The position numbers and the translations under genes are program-made. From Edaphobacter aggregans (GTDB lineage: Bacteria; Acidobacteriota; Terriglobia; Terriglobales; Acidobacteriaceae), in NCBI RefSeq assembly GCF_003945235.1, contig NZ_RSDW01000001.1:2100001-2132000 (forward strand): 32,000 nucleotides of DNA, in the 5' to 3' direction. A model generated the notes under the pieces. It did no database searches and was not told the DNA's origin. It saw only the letters and a list, made by a program, of their open reading frames with translations. Of the stretch, positions 31,733 through 32,000 are shown piece by piece. Position 1 is the stretch's first letter. The number at the start of each line of letters is the position of its first letter.

Positions 31733-32000
31733 ATGGCGTCACGCACATCGTTTCTAGCCAAATTGATCGGTTTGTACTCCATTCTGGCCGCACTATCGAT
31801 GAGCATTCGCGGGCAGGGTACGGTGCAGATGGTAACGGAGATTCTGCATGACTCATCCCTGATGTTTCTGTTGGGCGTGATTACGTTGATCGCGGGACTG
31901 GCAATGGTGCTGGCGCACAATGTGTGGTCCGGCGGAGCGTTGCGAGTGACGGTAACGCTAATTGGATGGATCACGCTGATCAAGGGCCTGTTGTTCCTGT
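31733..32000 (+). CDS. Small integral membrane protein; the 3' end runs off the window.
   Basis: ATG at 31733 lies 4 nt after AGGAGGG. I translated 89 codons with no stop, beginning MASRTSFLAKLIGLYSILAALS. Two further hydrophobic helices follow (LMFLLGVITLIAGLAMVLAHNVW and VTLIGWITLIKGLLFL). This ORF is absent from the ORF track because it is open-ended. Confidence 0.6.
   Translation, partial: MASRTSFLAKLIGLYSILAALSMSIRGQGTVQMVTEILHDSSLMFLLGVITLIAGLAMVLAHNVWSGGALRVTVTLIGWITLIKGLLFL

Noticed and set aside
31705-31983. A 92-aa minus-strand ORF at the right edge of the window.
   Set aside because: Its composition is not protein-like. The opposite strand has an ATG with a strong AGGAGGG RBS and encodes clean TM helices (open-ended ORF 31733 to beyond 32000).
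1-32000. A search by eye for CRISPR arrays, tRNA/rRNA/tmRNA, IS elements, integrases, toxin-antitoxin pairs, restriction-modification genes or other defence genes, and gvpA/gvpN genes.
   Set aside because: None was found. There are no regularly spaced direct repeats, no cloverleaf-like sequences in the intergenic gaps, and no ORF with recombinase, nuclease, methylase or AAA+ defence-type motifs.

Overview
This is a 32-kb, densely coding, high-GC chromosomal segment (roughly 58-60% by eye). It looks like core genome of a Gram-negative soil bacterium. My guess is Acidobacteriota/Terriglobia, based only on protein flavour and the type of intergenic repeat; this is unverified. All family names are motif or pattern matches made by eye, not search results.

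I support about 27 CDS:
- 1-6854 (+): a tightly packed block of a PlpD-like patatin/Omp85 fusion (5' end off-window), an alpha/beta hydrolase, a PLP threonine/serine dehydratase, an SH3-like lipoprotein, a GNAT and uppP.
- 6916-7380 (-): a PA2169/DUF2383-type four-helix-bundle protein.
- 7748-10381 (+): ftsK.
- 10407-13531 (-): a translationally coupled DUF2339/DUF3999 pair.
- 13601-15086 (+): a REC-HPt protein overlapping a NarL/LuxR response regulator, divergent from the DUF pair.
- 15125-16132 (+): a YpdA-like flavoprotein.
- 16129-22437 (-): a four-gene row of RND permease, MFP adaptor, ABC ATPase and ABC-2 permease.
- 22508-32000: an MDR oxidoreductase, a small charged protein, an SDR, an OmpA-family protein, a lone GvpL/GvpF-like protein, a DUF481-like OM barrel, class I fumarate hydratase, a DUF695-like protein and a partial membrane protein.

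I see no rRNA, tRNA, CRISPR array, transposase, integrase or recognisable defence or toxin genes.

Nothing here is compelling as a new system from sequence alone. The candidates I rank highest are:
1. The DUF2339-DUF3999 module with its divergent kinase-less phosphorelay.
2. The orphan GvpL/F gene sitting between two long low-GC non-coding gaps.
3. A 38-bp (about 60 bp with indels) duplication of the fumarate hydratase 5' end bracketing the DUF695-like gene.
4. The RND-MFP-ABC-ABC2 gene row, which has a single adaptor and no outer-membrane factor.
5. A composite GT-rich/REP-like intergenic element at 29.1-29.5 kb.
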